Positions 15,801 through 24,548 are shown, numbered from the stretch's first letter. The stretch is DNA of 44,598 bases from Coprobacillus sp. (GCA_021203815.1 JAJQAL010000003.1:1-44598), one strand, 5' to 3'. Numbers and translations are program-made. Notes: generated from the letters alone by a model not told the origin.

Positions 15801-17354
15801 AGTCACTAATATCGCGTCCCCCATGAAATCAAGAATCTCAGGAATGACGTCTTTTAATTTAGGTTTCCCGTAAAGCATCGCGTTTGTAATGTGAGTGAGA
15901 TTAACAATCTTATCGTCAATTTGATAGCCTGGGTCAATTAAGATATCTTTACGGCTAACAATAGTGCCGTGCTCCACCCTAACCGCGCCAAATTCGATAA
16001 TATTATTTCTTGTTATAGAAAGGCCAGATGTCTCTAAGTCTAATACAACATATGTCGCGTCACGAAGCTGAGTTTCTTTTGGATTATAGACATAGATCTG
16101 CTTTTCATCCATCATATAGAACTCGCATCCATAGATAATCTTCATCTCATTTTCTTTACCCGCTTTAAAAGCAGCGGGGAATGACTGTACGACTCCGTGG
16201 TCAGTCACCGCAATGGCTTTATGGCCGAGAGCTTTCGCGTAGCTACAGTAGTCACTTATATTAGTTACACCATCCATCGTAGACATCTTAGTGTGGAGAT
16301 GGAGTTCCACTCTTGGAGTCTCCGCTTTTTCATGTTTTATTACATCAGGGGGAAGGATATCGATATAGTGACCTTTAATCGCAAGGTCTTTGGCATAAGA
16401 GTTATAATAGACCGCTCCCCTAACTCTAACGTTAGTGCCAATCTTAATTTGTGAGGCTTTCTCGCTTGTAAGCGTTGAGTCATTCATATTAAAACGGGCG
16501 CTGATAGCCCCGCCATGTGGATCATAAATACCAACTGTAAGGGTGTCATTACCGCTTGGATTTTCTCTTAGCTGCGTCGAATAGACTTTGCCGTTAATAT
16601 CAACATTTTCGGAGTTAGTGTCAAGCTCATCGATAAAATCAAAGGGAACATAGTGTCCTTTTCTATTTAATCGGGCTCTCTCCCTCTCTTGAATCATGTC
16701 TTTATAATTGTTCTTCCATTCCCTAAGAAATGAGGCCTCATAATCAGTTAAGCCTTCACTATCGTCATCGGATTTACTCTCTTCACTATCAAGCGCACCT
16801 TCAAAGCTGACCGCTTCGACGTTTTTGGTAATGGTTTCCGTTGCTACTTGCTCAGCGTTTTCTTCCGCTTCTTGTTTCTCCTCTTCGGTATAGTTATTAA
16901 CTTCCACTGGAATGATGGTTTCATTTATTTCCATCTCATAGCCGATAAATTCGAGGAGCTTTTTAAATTCATTAATAACGGGATGATATTGGTCTGATTC
17001 TTCATCTCCGTTATAGATAACCTCTAAGGTATTAGGTTCTTCCCCTATATTAATTGTTAAAGGAGAAATAAATTTATAGGTTCCGATATACCACTCATTA
17101 AAGAGTTTAAGAGTGTCATCACTATTAGGTCTTACTTCGTAGGTGAAACGAAGAGAATATTTATAAGTTATATTTGGAAGGTGATCCATTAGCTCTATTA
17201 GTAGTTCATAGTTCCATGGGGTGCCTTTAAGAATAACCATATCAAACTGAGAGGGGTTAAACCTATTCTTTCCAAGCATTTCAAAATCCATATCGAACTT
17301 CTCGCTATTTTCGATACCAATACTCTTTAGAAATCTAATCATGTTATCGCTCAT
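12840..17354 (-). CDS. polC: DNA polymerase III alpha subunit, PolC type (Gram-positive replicative polymerase with intrinsic 3'-5' exonuclease)
   Basis: 1504 aa. PHP domain (VELHLHTKMSTMDG), DEDDh exonuclease (YVVLDLETSGLS...HNASFDLDF...HRADYDA), Zn module (CPHCHH...CPECGC) and polymerase core (HPGG, PDIDLNF). Confidence 0.97.
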   Translation of the reverse strand: MSDNMIRFLKSIGIENSEKFDMDFEMLGKNRFNPSQFDMVILKGTPWNYELLIELMDHLPNITYKYSLRFTYEVRPNSDDTLKLFNEWYIGTYKFISPLTINIGEEPNTLEVIYNGDEESDQYHPVINEFKKLLEFIGYEMEINETIIPVEVNNYTEEEKQEAEENAEQVATETITKNVEAVSFEGALDSEESKSDDDSEGLTDYEASFLREWKNNYKDMIQERERARLNRKGHYVPFDFIDELDTNSENVDINGKVYSTQLRENPSGNDTLTVGIYDPHGGAISARFNMNDSTLTSEKASQIKIGTNVRVRGAVYYNSYAKDLAIKGHYIDILPPDVIKHEKAETPRVELHLHTKMSTMDGVTNISDYCSYAKALGHKAIAVTDHGVVQSFPAAFKAGKENEMKIIYGCEFYMMDEKQIYVYNPKETQLRDATYVVLDLETSGLSITRNNIIEFGAVRVEHGTIVSRKDILIDPGYQIDDKIVNLTHITNAMLYGKPKLKDVIPEILDFMGDAILVTHNASFDLDFLNAELERNGYPKLNNIVIDTLTLSRYFYPQNRSHRLTDVCKRMDIYFDNSSAHRADYDAERLNEVWQGMLASFTKGNKEFMVSDLEKLETPEEAFRHIRPRDICVLAKNQAGLKDLYQLVSIAHINYFNEYPRIPRHELENHRKNLLFGSACCNGEVFETARNKGKEDLKKIMKFYDYIELQPKDCYSHLINLHDLKPKELDDILNLIVECADELHIPVVATGDVHYDIPEHKVFRDIYIAGEPNEKTHAKTKRHPLNPAERKLYPRYENPNQGYLSTDEMLSEFSWLGEEKAYEVVVTNSNLIASQIDDDIIPVPNDKLYTPKIEDITSLMDAEPEYTSKDENIIREICYKKAYEIYGNPLPQVIETRLSKELNGIISHGYSVIYYLAHRIVKKGNEDGYVIGSRGSVGSSVAAFFAGITEVNPLEPHYVCPHCHHLEWTLSTYPECRSGYDLPDKKCPECGCEMIHDGQNIPFETFLGFEAEKVPDIDLNFAGEYQKTAHEYVKQLLGEQNVFRAGTIETVADKTAYAKARDYISWLGMDPDSYSRNKLSYLSSGCVDVKRTTGQHPGGLIVIPKGYTVTDFTPIQYPADEKDADWMTTHFDYRSIHDTVLKIDLLGHVDPMALKMMCDSTGVDIHSIPFNDPKVLSVFSTSNELNLSSDFLNQSNGALGLPEFGTPFVRGILDATKPKTFSDLVIISGISHGTGVWNGNAEDLITDGTASLREVIGCRDDIMSYLISKGLSSSVAFSIMEDVRRGKGIKPEYRKVMEANNVPEYYINSCNKIRYLFPKGHATAYVMMAVRVAYFKIYYPLHYYATFFSVRSKQFDIETMIEGEEAIMRRITELSDKSKTQGEDVTKKDDDILKTLQLSIEMFERGYSFGNIDLYKSDSVNFVIDEENNKLIPPFICLNGIGENVAQSIVDSRKDGEFKSKEDLSSRTLLSSTNIKKLNDMGVISSLPDTNKSQQLSLFGDDFLF

Positions 17355-17357
17355 AGA

Positions 17358-18689
17358 CTAAACCAGCCTTAATATATCCATAACTAAAATAGCGACAAAT
17401 AGTCCGCCTATAATAACATAACCAATAATCGACATAACGGTCTTAAATTTCTTTGGGACTTTTCTTCGGCTTATCGCTTCAATTGCACAGACGAGAAGCT
17501 GCCACCCATCTAGACCCGGGATAGGAATAATATTTAAGAGGGCGAGGTTAACACTAATAAGACCCCAAGTGTAGATAAAGAATCCCACTCCATAGTTAAC
17601 TAAATACGTTGTGGTGGTGTTATAAATTGAAATAATACCGCCGAGTGAACTCCATCCTTTACCTCTAAATAAGTTACCTATTGCCTTTACCACGGCAGTG
17701 CTACTTTCTCCAAAATCGATAAAGGTTTCTTTAATAGCGACGCCAAATCCCTGCCTATACTTAGTAAGGGACATTGAAACCCCAAGTCTATCCCCAAATA
17801 GATAGATATCATTTTCTTCATCGTATTCAAAACCGAGCGTTATTTCGTGAGCGGTGTAATCATCGAGAAGTTCATAGTTTTCTGGATATTCATCTTCTTC
17901 ATATATAACACTATCTTCATTACGAACATACATATTAAAGGTTAATGTGGATAAATTATCTTCTTCGAGAATATTTACTAAATCATAATCCACAAGCTCG
18001 CCGTCTTCATATATTTCAATGATTGAGTAGACCCCTAAATACTGGTCAAAACCGATTTCATCGATTTGAATGCCGTTATTAGAGAGATATAGACCAATTG
18101 AAAGTCCGTCTCTAGTGGTTCCATCTTCATAGGTAAGAAGCGCATTTCCATCCATCACATAATAGGAATAGTCACCATCTTCAGCACTTATTGGGCCGAG
18201 TAATAGGATAGCGTCATCTTCATTAATACCCGCAGTTTCTGCGATTGAGTTTTCCTCAACCTCTCCAATGACATTTGTGTATAGGGCCATCTGAGGGAAA
18301 AAGACTTCATAGATAAAGAAAATAACTAGGGCTAAAAGAAGGTTCATCACGATTCCAGCGACATAGATAATAGCCTGTTTCCCTTTCTTTTTCGCGTCCA
18401 CTGATCTTTCAGGGTCGATTTGAAGCTCTTCGACCTGTTCATCGACATCATCGTCATCGTCATCTCCCCCGTTATACATCGAGACGAAACCGCCGAGGGG
18501 AATAATACGGACGGAGAAATAGGTTTCTCCGTTGGTCCTCTTTCGATGAATAATAGCGGGCCCAAATCCGATTGAGAAATCAAAACAGTAGACATTAAAA
18601 GCTTTTGCCATGGCAAAATGGCCAAGCTCATGGACGACGATGAGAAGGGAAAGGAGAATGATAAAGATGATGATATAGACCACTATCAT
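17358..18689 (-). CDS. rseP: RIP site-2 metalloprotease, RseP/RasP (M50) family
   Basis: HELGHF zinc motif in TM1, a PDZ-like segment (SIAETAGINEDDAILLLG), and the C-terminal NLALLNIIPIPGLDG motif. Also carries a D7-8 acidic run and a long insert after the PDZ. Confidence 0.85.
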   Translation of the reverse strand: MIVVYIIIFIILLSLLIVVHELGHFAMAKAFNVYCFDFSIGFGPAIIHRKRTNGETYFSVRIIPLGGFVSMYNGGDDDDDDVDEQVEELQIDPERSVDAKKKGKQAIIYVAGIVMNLLLALVIFFIYEVFFPQMALYTNVIGEVEENSIAETAGINEDDAILLLGPISAEDGDYSYYVMDGNALLTYEDGTTRDGLSIGLYLSNNGIQIDEIGFDQYLGVYSIIEIYEDGELVDYDLVNILEEDNLSTLTFNMYVRNEDSVIYEEDEYPENYELLDDYTAHEITLGFEYDEENDIYLFGDRLGVSMSLTKYRQGFGVAIKETFIDFGESSTAVVKAIGNLFRGKGWSSLGGIISIYNTTTTYLVNYGVGFFIYTWGLISVNLALLNIIPIPGLDGWQLLVCAIEAISRRKVPKKFKTVMSIIGYVIIGGLFVAILVMDILRLV

Positions 18690-19846
18690 AAGCTATTTCT
18701 CTCCCCGAGGATAACCTTACATCTTTTCCTTACTATGTCATCCGCTTTTATGATATTTTCATAGGTCAATTCACTAACCTCATAAGTTTCAAATTCTTTA
18801 ATAATTTGATTGATTAGAGGCTCTATTTCCGTAAATTTAATCTTTTGATTTAGAAATTCATTAATTCCATATTCCGCGGCGGCGTTAACAATAGCGCCGG
18901 AAAGACCGCCTTTATTTACAATATAGGGTCCATACATAATCGCGGGATATCTTTTAGGATCGAGAAGTGGGAATTTATAGTCACTCTTTTTAATGACTTT
19001 AGTGCCATAATGAGGTTCACTTGTGGTGCAGCCATATAGGGCAAACTCAATTGGGATATGCATATCAGGTTTAGACTCATAGAGTCTAATATGTCCGTCT
19101 TTATATTTAACAAAGCAGTGAATAAGGGAGTTAGGTTCCATAACGACATCCATATCTTTAAGAGTGGTCCCAAATAAATAGTTAGTCTCCACAACTTCAA
19201 AGGCTTTATTAAGCATAAGAGCACTTTCGATAGTGATGAGTTTACCCATGTCCCAGTTAGGATGTCTAAGGGCCTCCGCGGGGGTAACGCTAGAGAGATG
19301 GCTTAGACTAAAATTACGAAGAGCACCACCTGAGGTCGTAAGTAAAATGCGGTCAATATCTGTATCTTCTGCGAGTAAACAGCGGGTTAAGGCGGAGTGT
19401 TCACTATCGATTGGATAGATAACACCATGATTTTCATCGAGGACTTTTTTAATTAAATCTCCACCCACGACAATAGACTCTTTATTAGCAAGACCGACTT
19501 TCTTCCCTCTTAGGAGGGCATAATAGGTTGGAGTAAAACCCGCAAAACCACTGATAGCGTTCACCATCATTGAATATTCCGCTTCATTAGTGATTTGACT
19601 TAAGCCTTCATCTCCATAATAAAATTTGATATTTTTATACGACTTAACTAAATAGTTAATTTTTTCTTCTTCGATCGCATAGACCCATTTAATAGTGGGA
19701 TATCTTTTAAGTAAATCGGGAATAATTTCCACTTTATGGCCGACTGAAATACCAACGAGATGAAAATCACGTGGATGACGCGCGATAACTTCAAGTGTTT
19801 GGCGTCCAATACTACCGGACGCGCCTAAGAGTAAGATTTCTTCCAT
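18686..19846 (-). CDS. dxr: 1-deoxy-D-xylulose-5-phosphate reductoisomerase
   Basis: MEEILLLGASGSIGRQTLEVI (NADPH-binding GxxGSIG), LANKESIV, PIDSEHSA, HPNWDMG. I moved the start to the ATG at 19846 (codon 30 of the track ORF), 2 nt after the cdsA stop. Confidence 0.9.
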   Translation of the reverse strand: MEEILLLGASGSIGRQTLEVIARHPRDFHLVGISVGHKVEIIPDLLKRYPTIKWVYAIEEEKINYLVKSYKNIKFYYGDEGLSQITNEAEYSMMVNAISGFAGFTPTYYALLRGKKVGLANKESIVVGGDLIKKVLDENHGVIYPIDSEHSALTRCLLAEDTDIDRILLTTSGGALRNFSLSHLSSVTPAEALRHPNWDMGKLITIESALMLNKAFEVVETNYLFGTTLKDMDVVMEPNSLIHCFVKYKDGHIRLYESKPDMHIPIEFALYGCTTSEPHYGTKVIKKSDYKFPLLDPKRYPAIMYGPYIVNKGGLSGAIVNAAAEYGINEFLNQKIKFTEIEPLINQIIKEFETYEVSELTYENIIKADDIVRKRCKVILGERNSL

Positions 19847-19848
19847 AA

Positions 19849-20886
19849 TTATCCAAAAATACTTCCAAATGAGCCGGTCATAATCGCACTGGCTATACAA
19901 ATAAATAAGGCAGCCACCACTAAGGTGACACAAAGTGAATCAATACGGTCTAATACTCCTCCATGTCCTGGAATGATATGAGAAAAGTCTTTAATCTCAT
20001 ATGTTCTCTTAACGGAAGAGAAGATAAAATCCCCAAGCGTGGCAAATAGCGGAATAATAAAGGAGAGGATTAGAATGAGATACCAGTGCGAAGCGTCAAG
20101 GACGGAGCAAACTGGATAGTCACAGACCGCTAAGATATAGGCAAATAAGAAACTAATAACAAAGGAAACCACGATTCCACCGATAAAGCCTTCCCAAGTC
20201 TTTTTTGGAGATATTCTCACGTTGAGTTTATTTTTTCCAAAGAGCATTCCGACAAAATAGGCTCCCGCGTCGGTTAGGTAATCAGCGAGGAAGACATAGA
20301 GAACAAGCGTTGAACTAATAAGGGAATCATAGACATTAAAGTAAGACTCCTCAAAAGCATTTTCTCCGATAATGTAAGTCTCATATTGAGGGAAGTATCT
20401 TAGATATAAAATGCTCTCCACGGCAAGTCCAACGAGGATGAGGAGAAGAAACCAAACACAAGCGTCTTTCACGGAGAAATCGGTATCACAGATAACGATG
20501 AACATTCCAATAAGAGCAATAAGAATGCAGGCAATAACAGAGAGATAAATCGAATCGTAGTTGATATAAATTCTATAGACATTCCCTTCGTAAATTGGAT
20601 TAGAGGAAAAAAGCTTTCCAAAGATTGGCCAGCAGGCGATAACCGCCACTAAAATAACAGCGCAGATAGTAAGAAGAATCTTATATTTAGAGCTTACGCA
20701 TTTAGAGACTTCATAGCAGCCTAGAAAGCCAACGATAAGGATAAAAGCAAAGAAAAAATAATCACCTAGAAAGGTGCAAGGAAGAGCGACGGCAATTATC
20801 ACAACAGCACTAATGATCCTTGTAAGAGTGGATCTTTTTTGCTCTGGTTTTATTTCATTGGTCTCAACTAGTTTTCTATTTCCCAT
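19849..20886 (-). CDS. cdsA: phosphatidate cytidylyltransferase (CDP-diglyceride synthase)
   Basis: Polytopic 345 aa. Signature SxxKRxxxxKDxxxxxPGHGGxxDRxDS is seen as SSVKRTYEIKDFSHIIPGHGGVLDRIDS. Confidence 0.88.
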   Translation of the reverse strand: MGNRKLVETNEIKPEQKRSTLTRIISAVVIIAVALPCTFLGDYFFFAFILIVGFLGCYEVSKCVSSKYKILLTICAVILVAVIACWPIFGKLFSSNPIYEGNVYRIYINYDSIYLSVIACILIALIGMFIVICDTDFSVKDACVWFLLLILVGLAVESILYLRYFPQYETYIIGENAFEESYFNVYDSLISSTLVLYVFLADYLTDAGAYFVGMLFGKNKLNVRISPKKTWEGFIGGIVVSFVISFLFAYILAVCDYPVCSVLDASHWYLILILSFIIPLFATLGDFIFSSVKRTYEIKDFSHIIPGHGGVLDRIDSLCVTLVVAALFICIASAIMTGSFGSIFG

Positions 20887-20976
20887 GTTTTTTTATTGTA
20901 CCATTCTAAAAGACTTATTTAAATAAATCTTTTACTTTGCCTAATAAAACGCGTAAAAAGGAAAATTAGAGCAATT

Positions 20977-21004
20977 AAAAGCGCCGCATTTCGGCAGTGC
21001 TTTT
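20977..21004 (-). terminator. imperfect intrinsic terminator after frr
   Basis: AAAAGC-GCCG-CATTT-CGGC-AGT-GCTTTT hairpin, followed on the minus strand by TTTTAATT. Confidence 0.4.
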
Positions 21005-21029
21005 AATTAATATTCATAAAACCCAGTAG

Positions 21030-21575
21030 TTATAGGGTCAAAATTTCTTTTTCTTTTTCGGACACAATTTTATCGATATCACTCACCACTTCATCGGTGA
21101 CTTTTTGGATATCATCTTCAATATTTCTCGCTAAATCTTCGCTCATTTCTTTGTCATCTTTCACAATTGACATATAGTCACGGCGGATATTACGAACGTA
21201 GACCTTAGCTTCTTCTCCATATTTTTTGGCTTGTTTAACGATTTCTTTACGGCGGTCCTCAGTAATTGGGGGAATAGTAATACGAATAACAGTGCCCTCA
21301 CTTACGGGGTTAAGACCAAGGTCGCTAGTGGCAATCGCTGCAATAATACTCTTCATATCGTTTTTATCGTAAGGCTTAACGAGAAGTTGACGAGGCTCTG
21401 GGGAGGTAATTGAAGAAATCTGAATAATAGGAGTCATTGTCCCATAGTATTCCACCTGAATATGAGAAAGCATCGCTGGGGAAGCTTTCCCAGTTCTAAG
21501 CGTAGCGAGTCCACTTTCAAGATTCTCAATCGCTTTTTGCATATCATTTTTCGCTTCAATCGCAAGTTCTTCCAT
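21030..21575 (-). CDS. frr: ribosome recycling factor
   Basis: 181 aa. LRTGKASPAMLSHIQVEYYG...PLNQ-like..., IRITIPPITEDRRKE, VRNIRRD. Confidence 0.95.
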   Translation of the reverse strand: MEELAIEAKNDMQKAIENLESGLATLRTGKASPAMLSHIQVEYYGTMTPIIQISSITSPEPRQLLVKPYDKNDMKSIIAAIATSDLGLNPVSEGTVIRITIPPITEDRRKEIVKQAKKYGEEAKVYVRNIRRDYMSIVKDDKEMSEDLARNIEDDIQKVTDEVVSDIDKIVSEKEKEILTL

Positions 21576-21578
21576 AAT

Positions 21579-22295
21579 TTACCCCTTTCGACATGTGGTT
21601 CCCACATCTTCTCCGTTTATGACTTTTATAAAATTAGTTGGTTCCGCCATATTGAAGATACGTATCTCAATATCTTTGTCCACGAGCATCTTCACTGCGG
21701 TCATATCCATAATCTCGAGATTATTATCAATCATCTCCTGATAGGTGATACTTTTATAGAGAGTGGCGTTTGGATCCTCATATGGATTAGCGCTATAAAC
21801 GCCGTCCACTCCGTTTTTACCCATAAGGATGGCATCAGCGTCAATATCGATAGCAAGGGTTATGGCGGCGGTATCGGTGGTAAAGAAGGGTTTACCCGTT
21901 CCTCCCGCTAGGAAGATAATCTTTCCTTCCTTCATCGCTTTTTTAGCTTCCTCTTTCTCGTAGGGGACTGTGACCCCATCAATTGCGGGGATAGAGGAGA
22001 AGACAATACTAGGAACCTCGATATTTTTAAGAGCGCTACTAATCGCCACCGCATTAATAACTGTCCCAAGCATTCCCATATAATCAGCGGGAGCTCTTTC
22101 AATTCCGATTTCATCGGCGAGTTTACCGCGCCAAATATTTCCAGCGCCAATAACAATAGCAATCTCTATTCCCTGGTCATAGAGAAGTTTAATGATGTCA
22201 CACGTAGACTTTAGGTAGTCGACATCAATAATTTGAGAAGCCTCTTCTTGGCGAAGAGATTCACCACTTAGTTTAAGTAAAACACGCTTATACAT
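21579..22295 (-). CDS. pyrH: UMP kinase
   Basis: MYKRVLLKLSGESL..., VIGAGNIWRG, FLAGGTGKPFFTTDTAA. Confidence 0.95.
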   Translation of the reverse strand: MYKRVLLKLSGESLRQEEASQIIDVDYLKSTCDIIKLLYDQGIEIAIVIGAGNIWRGKLADEIGIERAPADYMGMLGTVINAVAISSALKNIEVPSIVFSSIPAIDGVTVPYEKEEAKKAMKEGKIIFLAGGTGKPFFTTDTAAITLAIDIDADAILMGKNGVDGVYSANPYEDPNATLYKSITYQEMIDNNLEIMDMTAVKMLVDKDIEIRIFNMAEPTNFIKVINGEDVGTTCRKG

Positions 22296-22306
22296 TTATC
22301 CTCCTA

Positions 22307-22331
22307 GAAAAAAGAAAGACTATGTCTTTCT
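22307..22331 (-). terminator. intrinsic terminator/attenuator between tsf and pyrH
   Basis: Perfect 8-bp stem AGAAAGAC-TAT-GTCTTTCT, followed on the minus strand by TTTTTTC, then the pyrH AGGAGGA Shine-Dalgarno. Confidence 0.6.
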
Positions 22332-22344
22332 ATTTCCATAATAG

Positions 22345-23226
22345 TTAGGCGTTTACCTGATTCATAACTTCTTCGACGAAGCTATCTTGTTTTTTCTCAA
22401 TTCCTTCGCCCACTGCATAACGGACAAAGTGGAGAACGGAGTTATTCTTTTCTTTAAGAACTTCTCCGACTGTCTTAGTGTCATCCATTAAGAAGGGCTG
22501 CTCACTTAAGGTGACTTCCTGGAAGATCTTAGAGACCTTGCCGTCGATAATTTTCGAGAGCATTTCAGGAGGTCTACTTGAAAGCTTAGGATCATTTTTA
22601 GCCGCTTCAAGTTGAATATCTTTCTCGTGAGAGAGAACATCAGCTGGGATATCCTCCATTTTGACATATTTAGGAGAGTTAGCGGCGACATGCATCGCAA
22701 GCTGTTTTCCAAGTTCGTCGTCTTTAGCGGCGAGTACTAAAGCCACCGCAATTTTACCGCCCATATGGATGTAGGTATAAATACCTGTCTCACCTTCAGG
22801 GTGAATAATTTCGAACCTACGTAGGGAGAGTTTTTCGCCAATTTTGACAGTGGCATCGCTAAATAGAGACTCCATCCCTTTCATAGCACTCTCGGGATCA
22901 GAGGGTTCATTAGCGAGTAAGTTAGAACCGATTTCGCCCGCAAAGCTCTTAAAGGCATCGCTAGATGAGACAAAGTCGGTTTCACAGTTTACTTCGTAGA
23001 TAGCAACTTTCCCGCATTTTGGGCAGGTTGAAGTAAGGGCAAGCCCTTCCGCGGCAATACGGTCCGCTTTATTTGCGACTTTGACAAGGCCTTTCTCTCT
23101 AAGCCAATCACAGGCTTTATCGAGGTCTAAATCATTCGCTTCAAGTGCGCCTTTGCAGTCCATAAGACCAGCGCCGGTTCTTTCACGAAGTAATTTGATA
23201 AGTTCAATTAAATTTGAATCTGCCAT
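22345..23226 (-). CDS. tsf: translation elongation factor Ts
   Basis: LIKLLRERTGAGLMDCKGALEANDLDLDKACDWLREKG (UBA-like N-domain) followed by the dimerisation core. 293 aa. Confidence 0.95.
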   Translation of the reverse strand: MADSNLIELIKLLRERTGAGLMDCKGALEANDLDLDKACDWLREKGLVKVANKADRIAAEGLALTSTCPKCGKVAIYEVNCETDFVSSSDAFKSFAGEIGSNLLANEPSDPESAMKGMESLFSDATVKIGEKLSLRRFEIIHPEGETGIYTYIHMGGKIAVALVLAAKDDELGKQLAMHVAANSPKYVKMEDIPADVLSHEKDIQLEAAKNDPKLSSRPPEMLSKIIDGKVSKIFQEVTLSEQPFLMDDTKTVGEVLKEKNNSVLHFVRYAVGEGIEKKQDSFVEEVMNQVNA

Positions 23227-23229
23227 AAA

Positions 23230-24393
23230 TTATTCCTCAGTTTTTGTTTCGCTTTCACTTTGAGCAGGGGCTTCTTTAGGAGCTTCCTTAACAGGTTTCT
23301 CCGCTTTTGGAGCCTCACTACTTCCTTCTTCTTTAGGTTTAGCGGGAGCTTTTTGTTTCTTCACAGGAGGTTTATTTGTTCCTTCAGCTCCTTCAGCTTT
23401 TGCGGCTTCTTCTTTTTCACGGGCCACTCTACGAGTCTGAAGTTTCTCATACTCTTCTTGACGAGCTTTACGATCCGCTCTAATTTTCGCGAGTTTCTCC
23501 GCGTTTTCTTTTTCAGTTTGTTTAATAACATCCTTCATGGTGACGCTTTCGCCTTCATCTTTGACGTAGGCGACCACAGGAACACCGCCTTTAGATTCAA
23601 CGATCGCATCAGCGATTACCGCTAGAATAAGGCTAACAGAACGAATCGCATCGTCGTTAGCGGGAATAGGATAATCAAGGATTTCAGGGTTACAGTTAGT
23701 GTCACAAATTCCAAAGACTGGAATATGGAGACGATGTGCTTCTTTCACCGCATTCATTTCGAGATTAGGATCCACTACAAAGAGAGCGTTTGGAATCTTT
23801 CTCATCTCTTTGATGCCGGTGAAGTTTTTCTCGAGCTTGGCTTTATCACGGCGGAGTTTCACTGCTTCCGCTTTTGGAAGAGCGTCGATTTCTCCGTCTT
23901 CTTCTCTACGGTCAAGCTCTTGGAGATATCTAATACGGCCTTGAATAGTTCTAAAGTTAGTTAAGGTGCCACCTAGCCATCTATTCGTGATATAGAAGCT
24001 ACCGCTTCTAAGAGCTTCTGCTTGAACAGCTTCTTGGCACTGCTTTTTAACGCCGACGAAAAGAACTTTACCGCCTTTATCGACGATATCTTTCATAGCT
24101 TTATAGGCTACTTCTATCTTTTCTACAGTCTGGGCTAAATCGATAATATAGACACCATTTCTCGCTCCATAGATGTATGGCTTCATCTTTGGATCCCAGT
24201 GTCTTGTTTGATGTCCAAAATGGGCACCCGCCTCGAGTAATTTTTTCATGGTGATGACCGGGGCGTCTGGGTCATGCATCACCTGCGCCATTAAATCCCC
24301 TTCTTGGGGTTCAGGGTTAATTGGTGCCTCCGTAGCTGGGGCAAGAGCCTCTTCAGTAGCAGGAGTCACTACTTCTTTTTCTTCTTCTTCCAT
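23230..24393 (-). CDS. rpsB: 30S ribosomal protein S2 with N- and C-terminal low-complexity extensions
   Basis: Core is ITMKKLLEAGAHFGHQTRHWDPKMKPYIYGARNGVYIIDL...VVDPNLEMNAVKEAHRLHIPVFGICDTNCNP. The ATG at 24393 is preceded by AAGGAGG at 8 nt, so the ~45-aa acidic N-extension looks genuine. A ~110-aa K/E/A/P-rich C-tail follows the core. Confidence 0.93.
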   Translation of the reverse strand: MEEEEKEVVTPATEEALAPATEAPINPEPQEGDLMAQVMHDPDAPVITMKKLLEAGAHFGHQTRHWDPKMKPYIYGARNGVYIIDLAQTVEKIEVAYKAMKDIVDKGGKVLFVGVKKQCQEAVQAEALRSGSFYITNRWLGGTLTNFRTIQGRIRYLQELDRREEDGEIDALPKAEAVKLRRDKAKLEKNFTGIKEMRKIPNALFVVDPNLEMNAVKEAHRLHIPVFGICDTNCNPEILDYPIPANDDAIRSVSLILAVIADAIVESKGGVPVVAYVKDEGESVTMKDVIKQTEKENAEKLAKIRADRKARQEEYEKLQTRRVAREKEEAAKAEGAEGTNKPPVKKQKAPAKPKEEGSSEAPKAEKPVKEAPKEAPAQSESETKTEE

Positions 24394-24518
24394 TAGGAAG
24401 ACCTCCTTATTGTTATTTCCTCCACTGCTTCGAAATACCAGCCACCCACATCGATATGGGACAAAAGGGATACAATTGGCAGTGTGTGTATTAGTTTGGC
24501 TTTATTTAAGCCTGCTAG

Positions 24519-24548
24519 ATTATAGCAAAATAAAAGTGAGATAATCAA
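24519..24548 (-). promoter_or_regulatory. candidate rpsB-tsf promoter (TTGATT-18 nt-TGcTATAAT)
   Basis: Minus strand TTGATT (24548-24543) and an extended -10 TGCTATAAT ending at 24519. This leaves a 5' UTR of ~115-120 nt. Confidence 0.5.

Noticed and set aside
12889-16454. Multiple 68-129-aa ORFs on both strands inside polC; similar nested ORFs occur inside GT2, nadE, the acyl-CoA ligase, the permease, ffh, yloV, rpsB and others
   Set aside because: All are embedded in, or antisense to, long ORFs with unmistakable conserved motifs. Their translations are low-complexity, Ser/Leu/Phe/Arg-rich and typical of non-coding frames.
19847-19933. 29-codon N-terminal extension of the dxr ORF (track start 19933)
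   Set aside because: The extension overlaps the 3' end of cdsA and translates to an implausible Cys/Tyr-rich peptide. The canonical Dxr N-terminus MEEILLLGASGSIG starts at 19846.
21462-21911. 149-aa plus-strand ORF antisense to frr and pyrH
   Set aside because: It spans the junction of two universally conserved genes on the opposite strand. It has no recognisable motifs and no Shine-Dalgarno.
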